This document shows positions 1 through 10,094 of a stretch of DNA of 28,855 bases, in pieces. A model generated the notes under the pieces. It was not told the origin of the DNA. It ran no database searches and saw nothing but the letters and a program-made list of their open reading frames with translations. The translations under genes were made by a program, and so were the position numbers. Source of the DNA: Clostridia bacterium (GTDB lineage: Bacteria > Bacillota > Clostridia > Christensenellales > Aristaeellaceae); NCBI GenBank assembly GCA_030526225.1, contig JAUNDF010000011.1, forward strand, positions 3,146 to 32,000, read 5' to 3'. Within the stretch, counting starts at the first letter, position 1. Each line of letters begins with the position of its first letter.

Positions 1-2
1 CG

Positions 3-1526
3 GATGTATCCTTCCGGTACATTTCCCAGGGCAAAACGCTGTATCATTCTGCCGGAGACGGCAAGCTGGAATCGGCGGTATACAGCATCTACGGCAAGGA
101 AATGATTCGCTCCATGCGGCGCGTTCACGGCCATCTGAACGGTGTGCTGATGGACGGCTTTGTGGGCATCGGGGAAGGGGCACGGAGCAATCATGCGCAT
201 CAGTCCTTCTTTATCAACGGCCGATACATGAAGAGCAATCTGCTTTCCATATCGGTGGATGCCGCCTGCCGTGAGCGGGTGATGATTGGCAAATATCCGT
301 CCTGTGTCCTGCATCTGACCATGCCTTATGATGTGGTGGATGTCAATGTGCACCCGAATAAACTGTAGGTGCGCTTTCAGGATGAGCAGGGCATTGCCGA
401 GGCAGTGGAAACCATCGTCCGGGAAGCTCTGCAGGATCGGGATGCATTGGAGCGCCCAACCCAGATGGTACTCTGTAAGGAACCGGAAACAAAGCCTGTT
501 GCTGCAACAGTGACCAAACAGCCGGTGATTGCGGCTGCTTCTGTGAAACCGACTGTTCCAACGATTACTCCCACAGCGTCTGTCCCTGTTGCATCAAAGC
601 CGACAGAACAGCAGAATGCTGTTGCTCCTGCTGTAAAAATGACAGTGCAGCCAGCTGTGACAGTGACTGCAGCGAAAACGGCCATTCCTTCAGCTGCTGT
701 ACCTGAAACGGAACCGCTCAAGCCTGCGGCGGTTACGGATAATCCTGCTGCAGCAGCGAAACAGGAGACGGAAACCGAACAGGTTCGTCCCTTTGCACCC
801 ATTGCCTACGCATCATCTGTTGTGAAAAATACTTCCGATGCTGTAGCGCAGTATATGGCAAGCACGGTATTACCGGAAACAAGCGGCTGGGCCAAAAAAG
901 AAATGCCCGCCGTGCAGACGGAGCAGCTTTCTTCTCTGACAGAAGAGCAGAAAAAGCCCCTCCGGCTGATTGGCACAGTATTCAACACCTTCATTCTGGT
1001 GGAATATGAAGAGCATCTGCTGATGATTGACCAGCATGCCGTTCACGAGCGCTTGCTGTTTGACCGCTTCAGCAAGGAAATCGACCAGAATCAGGCCGGG
1101 CAGCAGCTGCTGATTCCCATCATTATGCAGGTCAGCAGAAGAGAGCAGCAGCTGTTGGAGGCCAACAAGGACATGCTGTCCAAGGTTGGGCTGAACATCG
1201 AACCCTTTGGCGAAAACGAGGTATCCGTGCGCAGCATCCCCATGATTCTCGGTCAGCCGCAAACTGAAGCCTTTGTGCGGGAAATGATAGACCAGCTTCA
1301 AAGTGAACGCGGCACCGTCACCATGGAAAAGCGCCGGGCGTCCATTCTTCAGCTTGCCTGCAAAAAGGCTGTCAAGGGCGGCGATCGTTTGACGGAGGAT
1401 GAAATCCGCGACCTTGTGACACGCATGATAGATGAAAAGGTCACACCCACCTGTCCTCACGGCAGACCTCTGGTGATTTCTCTCAGCCACAGTGAAATTG
1501 ACAAGCGCTTCCGGAGAATTCAATGA
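3..1526 (+). CDS. mutL: DNA mismatch repair protein MutL (5' end outside the window), interrupted by an in-frame TAG at 366-368
   Basis: Frame 3 is open from base 3. It reads ...VDVNVHPNKL-TAG-VRFQDEQ, the MutL HPxKxEVRF motif with TAG at the Glu position. A P/A/T/V-rich linker follows, then the C-terminal endonuclease motif DQHAVHERLLFDR and CPHGRP. The gene ends in TGA at 1524-1526. Confidence 0.9.
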
Positions 1527-2452
1527 TGGATAAAAAAACATGCTGGGTTCTTACGGGCCCCACCGCCAGCGGAAAGACTGCGCTGTCAGTCCGGATTGCC
1601 AAGGCATATGACTGCGAAATCATCTGTATGGATTCCATGCAGATTTATCGAAGCATGGACATCGGTACAGCCAAGGTTACGCCGGAGGAAATGGATGGTG
1701 TGCCGCACCATCTGGTGGACATCATTGAACCCGAAGATAATTTTACGGTGGCGGACTACTGCCGACTGGCAGAACAGACGGCAGAGGAAATCTTCAGCCG
1801 CGGAAAACGACCGCTGTTTGTGGGCGGCACTGGGTTTTATCTTCGGGCGCTTCGTCATCCCATGCCCATGGGTGAAGTGCCCGGCAACGATGAGCTCCGC
1901 GCACGGCTGGAAAAGCAGGCAGAGACAGAGGAAGGAAAGCTGCAGCTTTGGCATCAGCTGAACGAGACAGACCCTGTGACAGCACAAAAGCTGCATGTCA
2001 ACGATGTGCGCCGCGTGGTTCGTGCCCTTGAGGTCAATCTGCTGACAGGAAAATCGTTTTCCAATCAGGCCAATGAATCACCGGAGCCGAAGTATCATTA
2101 CCGGGTGGTCAACCTCAGCATGGACAGAGCTGTGCTTTACGACCGCATCAACCGCCGTGTTGACCAGATGATGGACATGGGCCTTGAACAAGAAGTGCGG
2201 ATGCTGCTTGAGCGGGGCCTGACGGTGCAGAATCAGGCCATGAAGGCCATCGGATACAAGGAAATGGCGGCATATCTCGGCGGAGAATATGATTTGGACA
2301 AGGCGGTGTACGAAATTAAAATGGGTACACGGCATTATGCCAAACGGCAGCTGACATGGATGCGCCGGGAAGAGGATGTGCTTTGGGTAGACCCCACCTG
2401 TTCCGATGCATTTGAGCAGACTGCCGCGTGGTTTCAAAAAGGAGAAGAATAA
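1523..2452 (+). CDS. miaA: tRNA dimethylallyltransferase MiaA
   Basis: P-loop GPTASGKT and DSMQIYRSMDIGTAK are typical of MiaA. The start overlaps the mutL stop (ATGA), a GGAG RBS is present, and the stop is TAA. Confidence 0.95.
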   Translation: MMDKKTCWVLTGPTASGKTALSVRIAKAYDCEIICMDSMQIYRSMDIGTAKVTPEEMDGVPHHLVDIIEPEDNFTVADYCRLAEQTAEEIFSRGKRPLFVGGTGFYLRALRHPMPMGEVPGNDELRARLEKQAETEEGKLQLWHQLNETDPVTAQKLHVNDVRRVVRALEVNLLTGKSFSNQANESPEPKYHYRVVNLSMDRAVLYDRINRRVDQMMDMGLEQEVRMLLERGLTVQNQAMKAIGYKEMAAYLGGEYDLDKAVYEIKMGTRHYAKRQLTWMRREEDVLWVDPTCSDAFEQTAAWFQKGEE

Positions 2453-3703
2453 ATGAATTCCAATGAAAGAATCGACCAGGCAGAGCAGGCGCTTCAGCCG
2501 GTATTCAAGCGGATTGAACAAATTGAGGAGATTGGTCTGCGCCGCGTGCTGGATGTATTCCAGAAGCATCAGGTGGCATATCGCCATTTTGCTCCCACCA
2601 CCGGCTATGGCTATGACGATGTGGGTCGTGACACGCTGGAAAAAATCTTTGCGGATTTGTTTGATACCGAGGCAGCCATTGTCCGCCCGCATATTGCCAG
2701 CGGTACCCACGCACTGGCGCTGGCACTGTTCGGCCTGACCCGCCCCGGTGAGCATATTCTGTCTGTAACCGGTAAGCCCTATGATACGCTGGAGGAAATC
2801 ATCGGCATTTCCGAGCATAACACGCCCGTGGGTTCCCTGAAGGAAATGCAGGTATCCTACAGCCAGACCGAGTTGAATGAGCAGGGTGAAATCGATTTGG
2901 ATGCCGTGCGCGCCGCCATCCGTGAAAACACCACGCTGGTCATTGCCCAGCGCAGCCGCGGTTATGCATGGCGTCCGTCCCTGATGCCCGAGCAGTTTGC
3001 ACCCTTGGCGGATATGCTCCACAAGGAATATCCCCACATCACCCTGATGGTTGATAACTGCTACGGTGAATTTGTCTGTGAGAAGGAACCCAGCCATTAT
3101 GGCGTGGATGTTTGCGTTGGCAGCCTGATTAAGAATCCCGGCGGCGGACTTGCGCCTACCGGCGGATATCTGGTGGGCAAAAAGGATGCCATCGAGCGCA
3201 TCGCCTACCGTTTGACTGCTCCCGGCATCGGTCTTGAGGTCGGCTCCTATGCAGCCAGCTATCAGCCCTTCTATCAGGGCTTGTTTATGGCTCCTCACAC
3301 GGTGGCACAGGCTGTGAAAACGGCTTGTCTGGCAGCAAAGGTGTTTGAGGATCTTGGCATGGTGACCACTCCTGCATCCACCGATGTGCGCGCTGACATT
3401 ATTCAGGCGATTCAGATGAAAACCCCTGAAAGACTTGTAGCCTTCTGTCAGGGCATTCAGATGGCATCTCCCGTGGACAGCATGGCACTGCCCGAGCCCT
3501 GGGATATGCCGGGCTATCAGGATCAGGTGGTCATGGCGGCCGGTACCTTTGTATCCGGTGCTTCCATCGAACTGAGTGCCGATGCCCCCATGCGTGAACC
3601 CTTTACCGCCTACATGCAGGGCGGCCTGACCTATTCCCACGGCCGTATTGCCATGGCCATGGCACTGGACCGCATGGTGGAGCAGGGAACACTCACCATT
3701 TAA
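2453..3703 (+). CDS. ynbB: Aluminium-resistance / methionine gamma-lyase-like PLP-dependent protein (YnbB family)
   Basis: 416 aa. N-terminal ...TTGYGYDDVGRDTLEKIFADLF...ASGTHAL resembles the YnbB/Met_gamma_lyase family. AGGAG RBS, TAA stop. Confidence 0.8.
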   Translation: MNSNERIDQAEQALQPVFKRIEQIEEIGLRRVLDVFQKHQVAYRHFAPTTGYGYDDVGRDTLEKIFADLFDTEAAIVRPHIASGTHALALALFGLTRPGEHILSVTGKPYDTLEEIIGISEHNTPVGSLKEMQVSYSQTELNEQGEIDLDAVRAAIRENTTLVIAQRSRGYAWRPSLMPEQFAPLADMLHKEYPHITLMVDNCYGEFVCEKEPSHYGVDVCVGSLIKNPGGGLAPTGGYLVGKKDAIERIAYRLTAPGIGLEVGSYAASYQPFYQGLFMAPHTVAQAVKTACLAAKVFEDLGMVTTPASTDVRADIIQAIQMKTPERLVAFCQGIQMASPVDSMALPEPWDMPGYQDQVVMAAGTFVSGASIELSADAPMREPFTAYMQGGLTYSHGRIAMAMALDRMVEQGTLTI

Positions 3704-3715
3704 TTTCATCAATGT

Positions 3716-3745
3716 AAGCAATGTCGAAACGGCATTGCTTTTTTT
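3716..3745 (+). terminator. Rho-independent terminator after the ynbB-like gene
   Basis: Stem AAGCAATG / CATTGCTT with a 9-nt loop, followed by a run of T. Confidence 0.7.
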
Positions 3746-3767
3746 ATGCACTGGATTTCTGCTGAAA

Positions 3768-3796
3768 TTGACTTACCATTTTTCTGTTTGTATAAT
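3768..3796 (+). promoter_or_regulatory. Sigma-70-type promoter for azlCD
   Basis: TTGACT, 17 nt spacer, TATAAT, about 40 nt upstream of the azlC ATG. Confidence 0.5.
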
Positions 3797-3833
3797 GACT
3801 TTTATGCAGAAAACAACAAGGGAGCGTTGAGCG

Positions 3834-4580
3834 ATGAAACAGTCAATCAGCAAACGATTCGCTTTTTTGCCCGGTGCCATCAAAGCCACCATTCCGGTGA
3901 TGGCCGGTTATATTTTTCTTGGCACCGCATACGGAATAACCATGCGGGAAAGTGGATTTGGTACCATGTGGACGCTGCTGGTCAGCCTGCTGGTGTATGC
4001 GGGATCCATGCAGTTTGCGCTGGTGGGGCTGCTTTGTGCGGCTTTTTCGCCTGTTACAACGGTGTTAATGACGCTGATGGTCAATGCGCGTCATTTGTTC
4101 TATGGACTCAGTATGCTGCAGCCCTACCGGCATACGGGGAAGGCGAAGCCGTACCTGATTTTCTCTCTGACAGACGAAACATATTCCCTTGTGGCAAACG
4201 GTGCACCGACCAATGCTGACAGCACCTGTTGGTTTTTGACTGTATCCGCACTCAACCAGTTCTACTGGGTGCTGGGTTCTGTACTGGGTGCAGTGCTTGG
4301 TCAGGTGATTCCCTTTGATATGACGGGCATTGATTTTGCCATGACCGCCCTGTTTACTGTGATTGTCACCGAGCAGGCAGTCAATGCCTATCAAGCATGG
4401 AAAGCGGGCAAGCAGCCGTTTGTGGAAGCCTTTGGGCCTGCTCTGCTGGGAGCGGGTGCGACCATGGTTTGTCTTGTAACGGTGGGCAAACAGGCATTCC
4501 TGATTGCCGCCATGGTGATGATGCTTATTTGCTTCTATGTGATGTTCCGCAGGGAGGAGAGGAAGGGTGCCAATGAGTAA
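3834..4580 (+). CDS. azlC: AzlC-family branched-chain amino acid exporter subunit
   Basis: Polytopic membrane protein with AzlC-like IPVMAGYIFLG...YAGSMQF. It is followed by an overlapping azlD-like ORF. TAA stop. Confidence 0.85.
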   Translation: MKQSISKRFAFLPGAIKATIPVMAGYIFLGTAYGITMRESGFGTMWTLLVSLLVYAGSMQFALVGLLCAAFSPVTTVLMTLMVNARHLFYGLSMLQPYRHTGKAKPYLIFSLTDETYSLVANGAPTNADSTCWFLTVSALNQFYWVLGSVLGAVLGQVIPFDMTGIDFAMTALFTVIVTEQAVNAYQAWKAGKQPFVEAFGPALLGAGATMVCLVTVGKQAFLIAAMVMMLICFYVMFRREERKGANE

Positions 4581-4896
4581 TCTGCAAATTCTGCTGACCA
4601 TTCTGATTGCTGCGGCAGTGACGGTTTTCCTGCGCTTTGCGCCCTTTGTCATCTTCCGGGATGAAACAAAGGTGCCCGCCTTTATCCGCTGGCTCGGCAA
4701 CCGGCTGCCCATGGCGGTTATGGCCATGCTGCTGGTCTATTGCCTGAAGGATGTATCCTTTTCTTCTGCATCTTCCAGCATCCCGGCACTTGTGGGTGTG
4801 GCGGCGACGGTCCTGCTGCACCTGTGGAAAAAACAGATGATTCTTTCCATTGCAGGCGGTACTGCTGTATATATGCTGCTGATTCGCTTGTTGTAA
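4567..4896 (+). CDS. azlD: AzlD-family branched-chain amino acid transport protein
   Basis: 109-aa hydrophobic protein that overlaps the azlC end by 14 nt, the classic azlCD arrangement. TAA stop. Confidence 0.8.
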   Translation: MPMSNLQILLTILIAAAVTVFLRFAPFVIFRDETKVPAFIRWLGNRLPMAVMAMLLVYCLKDVSFSSASSSIPALVGVAATVLLHLWKKQMILSIAGGTAVYMLLIRLL

Positions 4897-4907
4897 AGCT
4901 GCAAACA

Positions 4908-4936
4908 TGGACAAACACTGAATTTTGTCGTATAAT
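4908..4936 (+). promoter_or_regulatory. Sigma-70-type promoter for the phoH-pgpH-ybeY/cdd-era operon
   Basis: TGGACA, 17 nt spacer, TATAAT, with TG at the extended -10 position. Confidence 0.5.
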
Positions 4937-5032
4937 ATGTAAGAAAACAAATTCTTATGCCCTGCATACAGCGGGACAAACCCGGAAATTGGCCATCCCG
5001 GTTTACGATGGCGAGCAAGGAGGTTCCCTTAT

Positions 5033-6007
5033 TTGAGTGATAAAAGAAAAATTTTGCTGGATATAGATTCCATGGATGCGTACAGAGCCCTTTTCGGGCT
5101 CAATGACAGAAACATCGCGCTGATTGAACAGGAATGCGGCGTGACTGTTTCACTGCGCGGAAATGAAATCTTTTTTTCTGGTGAAGCCGATGATATGGAC
5201 ATCGCCCAGGCTGTGATTGAAAAGCTTGTCCGCATGATTCAAAAGGGCGAGCAGGTGGACCGCAGCGGCATCCGGTACATGATTGCACTGGCCCGGGAAG
5301 ATAAGCTGGATGAAGCAGACGAAATCATGAAGTCCGTTGTTGCCATTACACACCGCGGAAAGCAGATTCGCTGCAAAACCTTTGGCCAACAGCAATATGT
5401 CAAATGCATCAAGGATCATGATTTGACCTTTGCCGTGGGTCCTGCCGGTACAGGCAAAACATATCTGGCCATGGCTCTGGCTGTTGTGGCACTGAAAAAT
5501 AAATAGGTGGAGCGTATTGTGCTGACCCGTCCCGCGGTGGAAGCCGGTGAAAAGCTGGGTTTCCTGCCCGGTGATCTGACTCAGAAGGTCGACCCGTATC
5601 TTCGCCCGCTGTATGATGCTTTGTTTGATTTTATGGGCGTTGATTCCTATCAGAAGCTGCTGGAGCGGGGGACAGTGGAGGTTGCGCCGCTGGCATACAT
5701 GCGCGGCCGGACACTTTCCGATTCGTTCATCATTCTGGACGAAGCACAGAACACCACCACCGAACAGATGAAAATGTTCCTGACCCGTATCGGCTTCCAT
5801 TCAAAGGTAGTCGTGACCGGTGACGTAACCCAGACCGACCTGCCCTTTGGCAAAAAATCCGGTCTTGTGGAAGCACTGGATGTTTTGAAGGATATTCCCG
5901 AAATCGGCATGGTGCATTTGACCGCCAATGACGTGGTCCGGCATGAACTGGTACAGCGGATTGTCCGCGCTTATGATCAGTATTATCATAAGGAGGGGGA
6001 AAAGTGA
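5033..6007 (+). CDS. phoH: PhoH-family ATPase, interrupted by an in-frame TAG at 5504-5506
   Basis: TTG start 9 nt after GGAGG. Walker A GPAGTGKT, then [32 protein letters not shown] in the same frame. The joined length of 324 aa is typical for PhoH. TGA stop. Confidence 0.9.
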
Positions 6008-8253
6008 AAGCCAAAAACGGAGTCCGCAGAAAGAATAACAGCTTTAAAAAGAAGCTGCGCCAGTGGGCGAATAGCGTAGATGCGAAATGTACGCTGATTG
6101 TTGTCATCTCCATGGTGATTATCGGCGCTCTGTTCTATGCGGTCAGTTCTCCTGAAAAATACGACCTGAAAATCGGTGCAATTTCCCATTACACCATTAC
6201 TGCCACCAAGGATGTTATTGACGAGGTGACCACCGAGGAAAGAAGGCAGGCGGCTGCCAACGCGGTGGAACCCACCTATCATCTGGAAGAGGGCGTAAAT
6301 GCATAGGTCATGCGCAGCCTTGCCGGTGTACTGAAGGAAATCGGCACCGTGCAGCAATACGGTCTGTCTCTTTTTGATGGCACGGAAACGCCCAAGGAGA
6401 AGCAGGCAAGGCAGTTTACTGCCGATGAACTGGCTTATGCGCGAAAGCTGACCACACAAATCAATCTGACGGATTACCAGCTGGCTACGGTCATGCGCAT
6501 GGAAAAAGCGCAGATTGAGGACATGACCTCTGTCTTGACCACCGTGGTTGAAAACTCACTGAACACCACCATCCGCGAGGGACAGGTTAACCAGTCCATT
6601 GATACCATGCTGCAGATTGCAGGCTACAAGATTGATACATCCCTGTTCCAAACGGTGGTTCCCACCATTCTGCGGACTTGCGTAAAGCCCAACATGGTCA
6701 TCGAAACGGAATCCACCGAACTGGCCAAAACAAAAGCACGGGAATCCGTGGAGCCTGTGATTTACCTGCAGGGCCAGAACATCATCAGGCAAGGCGAACG
6801 GGTCAGTGCAAATCAGATGCAGATGCTCCGCGCACTGGGCTTGATTGATGAAAACCAGATTGACTGGTGGCTCTACGTGGGTGCAATGGGCATGATTGTG
6901 GCCGCCATTGCCGTACTGTTGATTCTGCTGAGTGTATTTTCCTCTGAATCACTGCACGATATCCGGAAGATGGCAGTTATCATGATGGTGATTTGCATCA
7001 CCATGCTGCTCTGCTGCATCAGCATCCGGAGCATCAGCGTTTTCCTGGCACCTATTGCCATTTCCGCGCTGCTGATTACTGCGCTCATCGGTGTACCTGA
7101 AGGCATTGCCGGCGGTCTTTGCACTTCCATTCTGGCGGCAGCGTTTGTGCTGGGTGCACCTAATCCCTCTACCTCTGAGGTAACGCAGCTGCTGGTCATC
7201 GGCGTTGTGGATACCATGGCTGCAGCCCTGTTCCTGAAAACAAAGCCCTACCGTATCAAGGTTGTGCTTTGCGGACTCCTGATTTCCGTCATCGGCTTCT
7301 GTGCCATGCTCTGCGTGGGCATTATGACCAGCAGCAATTCCTCCAACGTGAAGGATAATGCGCTGATGTGCATTGAGTCCGGTATCCTCAGCGGCATTGT
7401 TGCGGTTGGTCTGCAGCCGATTCTGGAGGCGGTGTTTAATCTGGCAACGCCTGCCAAACTGATGGAACTGAGCAACCCCAATCACCCCTTGCTGCGCAGA
7501 CTTCTGCTGGAAGCCTCCGGCACCTATCATCATTCTATCATCGTGGCAAATCTGGCTGAGGCAGCGGCTGAGAAGATACATGCCAATCCGCTTCTGGCAA
7601 GAACCGGCGCGTATTTCCACGATGTGGGCAAAATGAAGCGCCCTCTATATTTCAAGGAAAATCAGATTGGCGATAACCCCCACGACAGAACAGACCCCTA
7701 CGTGTCCGCCGCCATTGTGACTTCTCACACGAAGGATGGTCTGAGCCTTGCGCTGAAGCATCGTCTGCCCAGAGAGATTCAGAAGATTATCGTGGAGCAT
7801 CATGGCAATACGCCGGTGATGTACTTCTACCACAAAGCAAGTCAGCTGGCCAACGGCAAGCCGGTGGATGTCAATGACTTCCGCTATGATGGACCTCGTC
7901 CCAGCTCTAAAGAAAGCGCCATTGTCATGCTGGCTGATACGGTGGAGGCGGCTGTGCGTTCCATGCCTGACCCCACGCCTCAGGCCATCGATGAAAAGAT
8001 ACGTAAGCTCGTTCAGGGCAAGGTGGATGACGGTCAGCTGAACGATGCACCGCTGACATTGCGCGACATTGACCGCATCTGTGTTGCCTTTGCTTCGGTG
8101 CTGAACGGTGCCTTCCATGAACGCATTGAATACCCGAATGTGGAGATTCCCAAGCAGCAGACTGTTTTGCCCGAAGAAGTCAGCATCGACCAGCTGACCG
8201 TAAAGCCCGGAAAAGAAAAGCAGGAGAGGACGGAGAAAAAGCATGAAGCTTGA
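6004..8253 (+). CDS. pgpH: 7TM-receptor HD-domain phosphohydrolase (PgpH/YqfF family), interrupted by an in-frame TAG at 6304-6306
   Basis: GTG start overlaps the phoH TGA. An N-terminal TM and extracellular region is followed by a multi-TM block and an HD domain ([14 protein letters not shown]...YFHDVGK...HHG). The two ORFs 6004-6306 and 6310-8253 share a frame. The joined length of 749 aa is typical. Confidence 0.85.
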
Positions 8254-9133
8254 CTGGTACTTTCATGTGGATGTGGACCCGTCTACCATCTCCCTGCTTC
8301 AAACTGCCGCTGATGCAGCGGTGCTGACAGAAGGCATAGCAAGGCCCTGCATGGTTTCGGTAACCATCTGCGATGATGAGGAGATTCAGGAAATCAACCG
8401 GGAATACAGGAATATCGACCGCGCCACCGATGTGCTGTCTTTCCCTTCTGTGAATTACCCCAAGGGCTTGACCGCAGGGCAGTGCGACAAGCAAATCAAA
8501 ATGGAATGGGATGCCGAAGCCGGTGCCTGTTTCCTTGGCGATTTGATTATTTCTCTGCCGCATGTAAAGGCACAGGCTGAGGAATACGGCCATTCCTTCC
8601 AGCGGGAGGCAGCGTATCTGCTGGTGCATGGTATGTGCCATTTGATGGGCTACGACCATATCGAAGAGGATGAAAGAAAGGTGATGCGTGCCATGGAGGA
8701 AAAGATTTTATCATCCATCGGGCAGACAAGAGATGACAATACTGTCACCGATGAACAGCTGCTTGCGCTTGCTCGTGAAGCCATGCAGCGCAGTTATTCG
8801 CCTTACTCGCACTATCCGGTGGGTGCGGCGCTTCTGTGCAATGATGGCCGTGTGTTTCAGGGCTGCAACATCGAAAACGCATCCTTTGGTCTGACAAACT
8901 GTGCCGAACGGACAGCTGTGTTCAAGGCTGTCAGCGAAGGCGCAACAGAATTCACCGCCATCGCCATTGCCTCAAAGGTATCTGCGCCGTGGCCCTGCGG
9001 TGCCTGCCGGCAGGTGCTGAATGAATTCGCCCCTCAAATTCGTGTGCTTGTTACCTGGGATGGCGGTCAGGGTGAAATGCTGCTCACCGATTTGCTGCCC
9101 CATGGTTTTGGTCCCAAAGACCTGCAATCATAA
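8243..9133 (+). CDS. ybeY: Fusion protein: rRNA maturation RNase YbeY (N-terminal) plus cytidine deaminase (C-terminal)
   Basis: YbeY zinc motif HGMCHLMGYDH is at about aa 130-140. Cdd motifs SPYSHYPVGAAL, NCAERTAV and PCGACRQ are in the C-terminal half. It is a single uninterrupted ORF with a TAA stop. Confidence 0.85.
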   Translation: MKLDWYFHVDVDPSTISLLQTAADAAVLTEGIARPCMVSVTICDDEEIQEINREYRNIDRATDVLSFPSVNYPKGLTAGQCDKQIKMEWDAEAGACFLGDLIISLPHVKAQAEEYGHSFQREAAYLLVHGMCHLMGYDHIEEDERKVMRAMEEKILSSIGQTRDDNTVTDEQLLALAREAMQRSYSPYSHYPVGAALLCNDGRVFQGCNIENASFGLTNCAERTAVFKAVSEGATEFTAIAIASKVSAPWPCGACRQVLNEFAPQIRVLVTWDGGQGEMLLTDLLPHGFGPKDLQS

Positions 9134-9144
9134 AAGGAGATACT

Positions 9145-10047
9145 ATGTCTGAAGTAAAGAATAACGGATTCCGTTCCGGTTTTGTAACCATCGTCGGCAG
9201 ACCCAATGTCGGCAAATCCACCCTGATGAATGCGCTGGTGGGCGAAAAGGTGGCCATCGTGTCCAACCGTCCCCAGACAACCCGCAACAGAATCATGGGT
9301 GTTGTAACCAAGGATGACTGCCAGATGGTGTTTGTGGATACACCCGGTATTCATAACCCCAGAACAAAGCTGGGCGAATACATGATGCAGTCCGTCAAGG
9401 ACGGCATGGACGGCATGGATTTGCTGCTGGTGATGGTGGACAGCACCTTTGTCGGCGAGCATGACCGGAAAATCGTGGCTGACATGGCAGAAAAGAAGGT
9501 GCCCAAGTTCCTGGCACTGAACAAAATCGACCAGCTGCAGCCCGATCAGCTGCTGGGTCTGATTGCATCCTTTGCCGACTGCGGATTTGATGCCATCGTT
9601 CCCATCAGCGCAAGAACCGGTGATGGCCTTGAACAGCTGATTGATGCCATGCGCACCAGATTGCCTCAGGGTCCCAAATATTTCCCTGATGACATGATGA
9701 CCGACCAACCCGAGCGCCTGATTTGCGCCGAACTGATTCGCGAAAAGGCACTGCGCCATCTGCGTGATGAGGTTCCCCACGGCATCGGTGTTGAAATGAT
9801 GGCAATGACCAAGGAAAGCGATGACTTTATGGAGATTCATGCCACCATCTACTGCGAGCGCGATGCACACAAGGGCATCATCATCGGCAAGAAGGGTGCC
9901 ATGCTGCAGACAATCGGCTCCGAAGCCCGGCGCGATATCGAGCAGCTTCTGGGCATGCATGTCAACCTGAAGCTTTGGGTCAAGGTTCGTCCTGACTGGC
10001 GCAACAGAATGGATGATCTCCGCAACCTCGGTTACGATAACAGATAA
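9145..10047 (+). CDS. era: GTPase Era
   Basis: G1 GRPNVGKST, DTPG and NKID motifs plus a C-terminal KH domain. AGGAG RBS, TAA stop. Confidence 0.95.
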   Translation: MSEVKNNGFRSGFVTIVGRPNVGKSTLMNALVGEKVAIVSNRPQTTRNRIMGVVTKDDCQMVFVDTPGIHNPRTKLGEYMMQSVKDGMDGMDLLLVMVDSTFVGEHDRKIVADMAEKKVPKFLALNKIDQLQPDQLLGLIASFADCGFDAIVPISARTGDGLEQLIDAMRTRLPQGPKYFPDDMMTDQPERLICAELIREKALRHLRDEVPHGIGVEMMAMTKESDDFMEIHATIYCERDAHKGIIIGKKGAMLQTIGSEARRDIEQLLGMHVNLKLWVKVRPDWRNRMDDLRNLGYDNR

Positions 10048-10054
10048 ATCGACA

Positions 10055-10091
10055 AAGCCCCGCACAGTGAGCAATGCACCGTGCGGGGCTT
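10055..10091. terminator. Bidirectional hairpin terminator between the convergent era and hemW genes
   Basis: Stem AAAGCCCCGCAC / GTGCGGGGCTT followed by TATTTTA. It lies 8 nt after the era TAA and 4 nt after the extended hemW TAA. Confidence 0.7.
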
Positions 10092-10094
10092 ATT

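Noticed and set aside
2078-3751. Very long ORFs antisense to real genes. Examples: 2078-3751(-) 557 aa, 12170-13882(+) 570 aa, 16686-17999(+) 437 aa, 18021-19673(-) 550 aa, 19505-20500(+), 25957-27099(-), 27132-28469(-), 9067-10074(-).
   Set aside because: Each lies exactly opposite a gene with clear family motifs (ynbB-like, lepA, VanW, aminopeptidase and so on). Each has a His/Gly/Ala/Leu/Gln-rich composition with no recognisable motif and lacks an RBS. They are shadow ORFs produced by codon bias on the sense strand.
4965-5012. An imperfect hairpin (AAACCCGG...CCCGGTTT) in the phoH leader as a possible riboswitch or attenuator.
   Set aside because: The stem is short with an internal mismatch, no following T-run and no recognisable riboswitch core. 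The evidence is insufficient to call a regulatory RNA.
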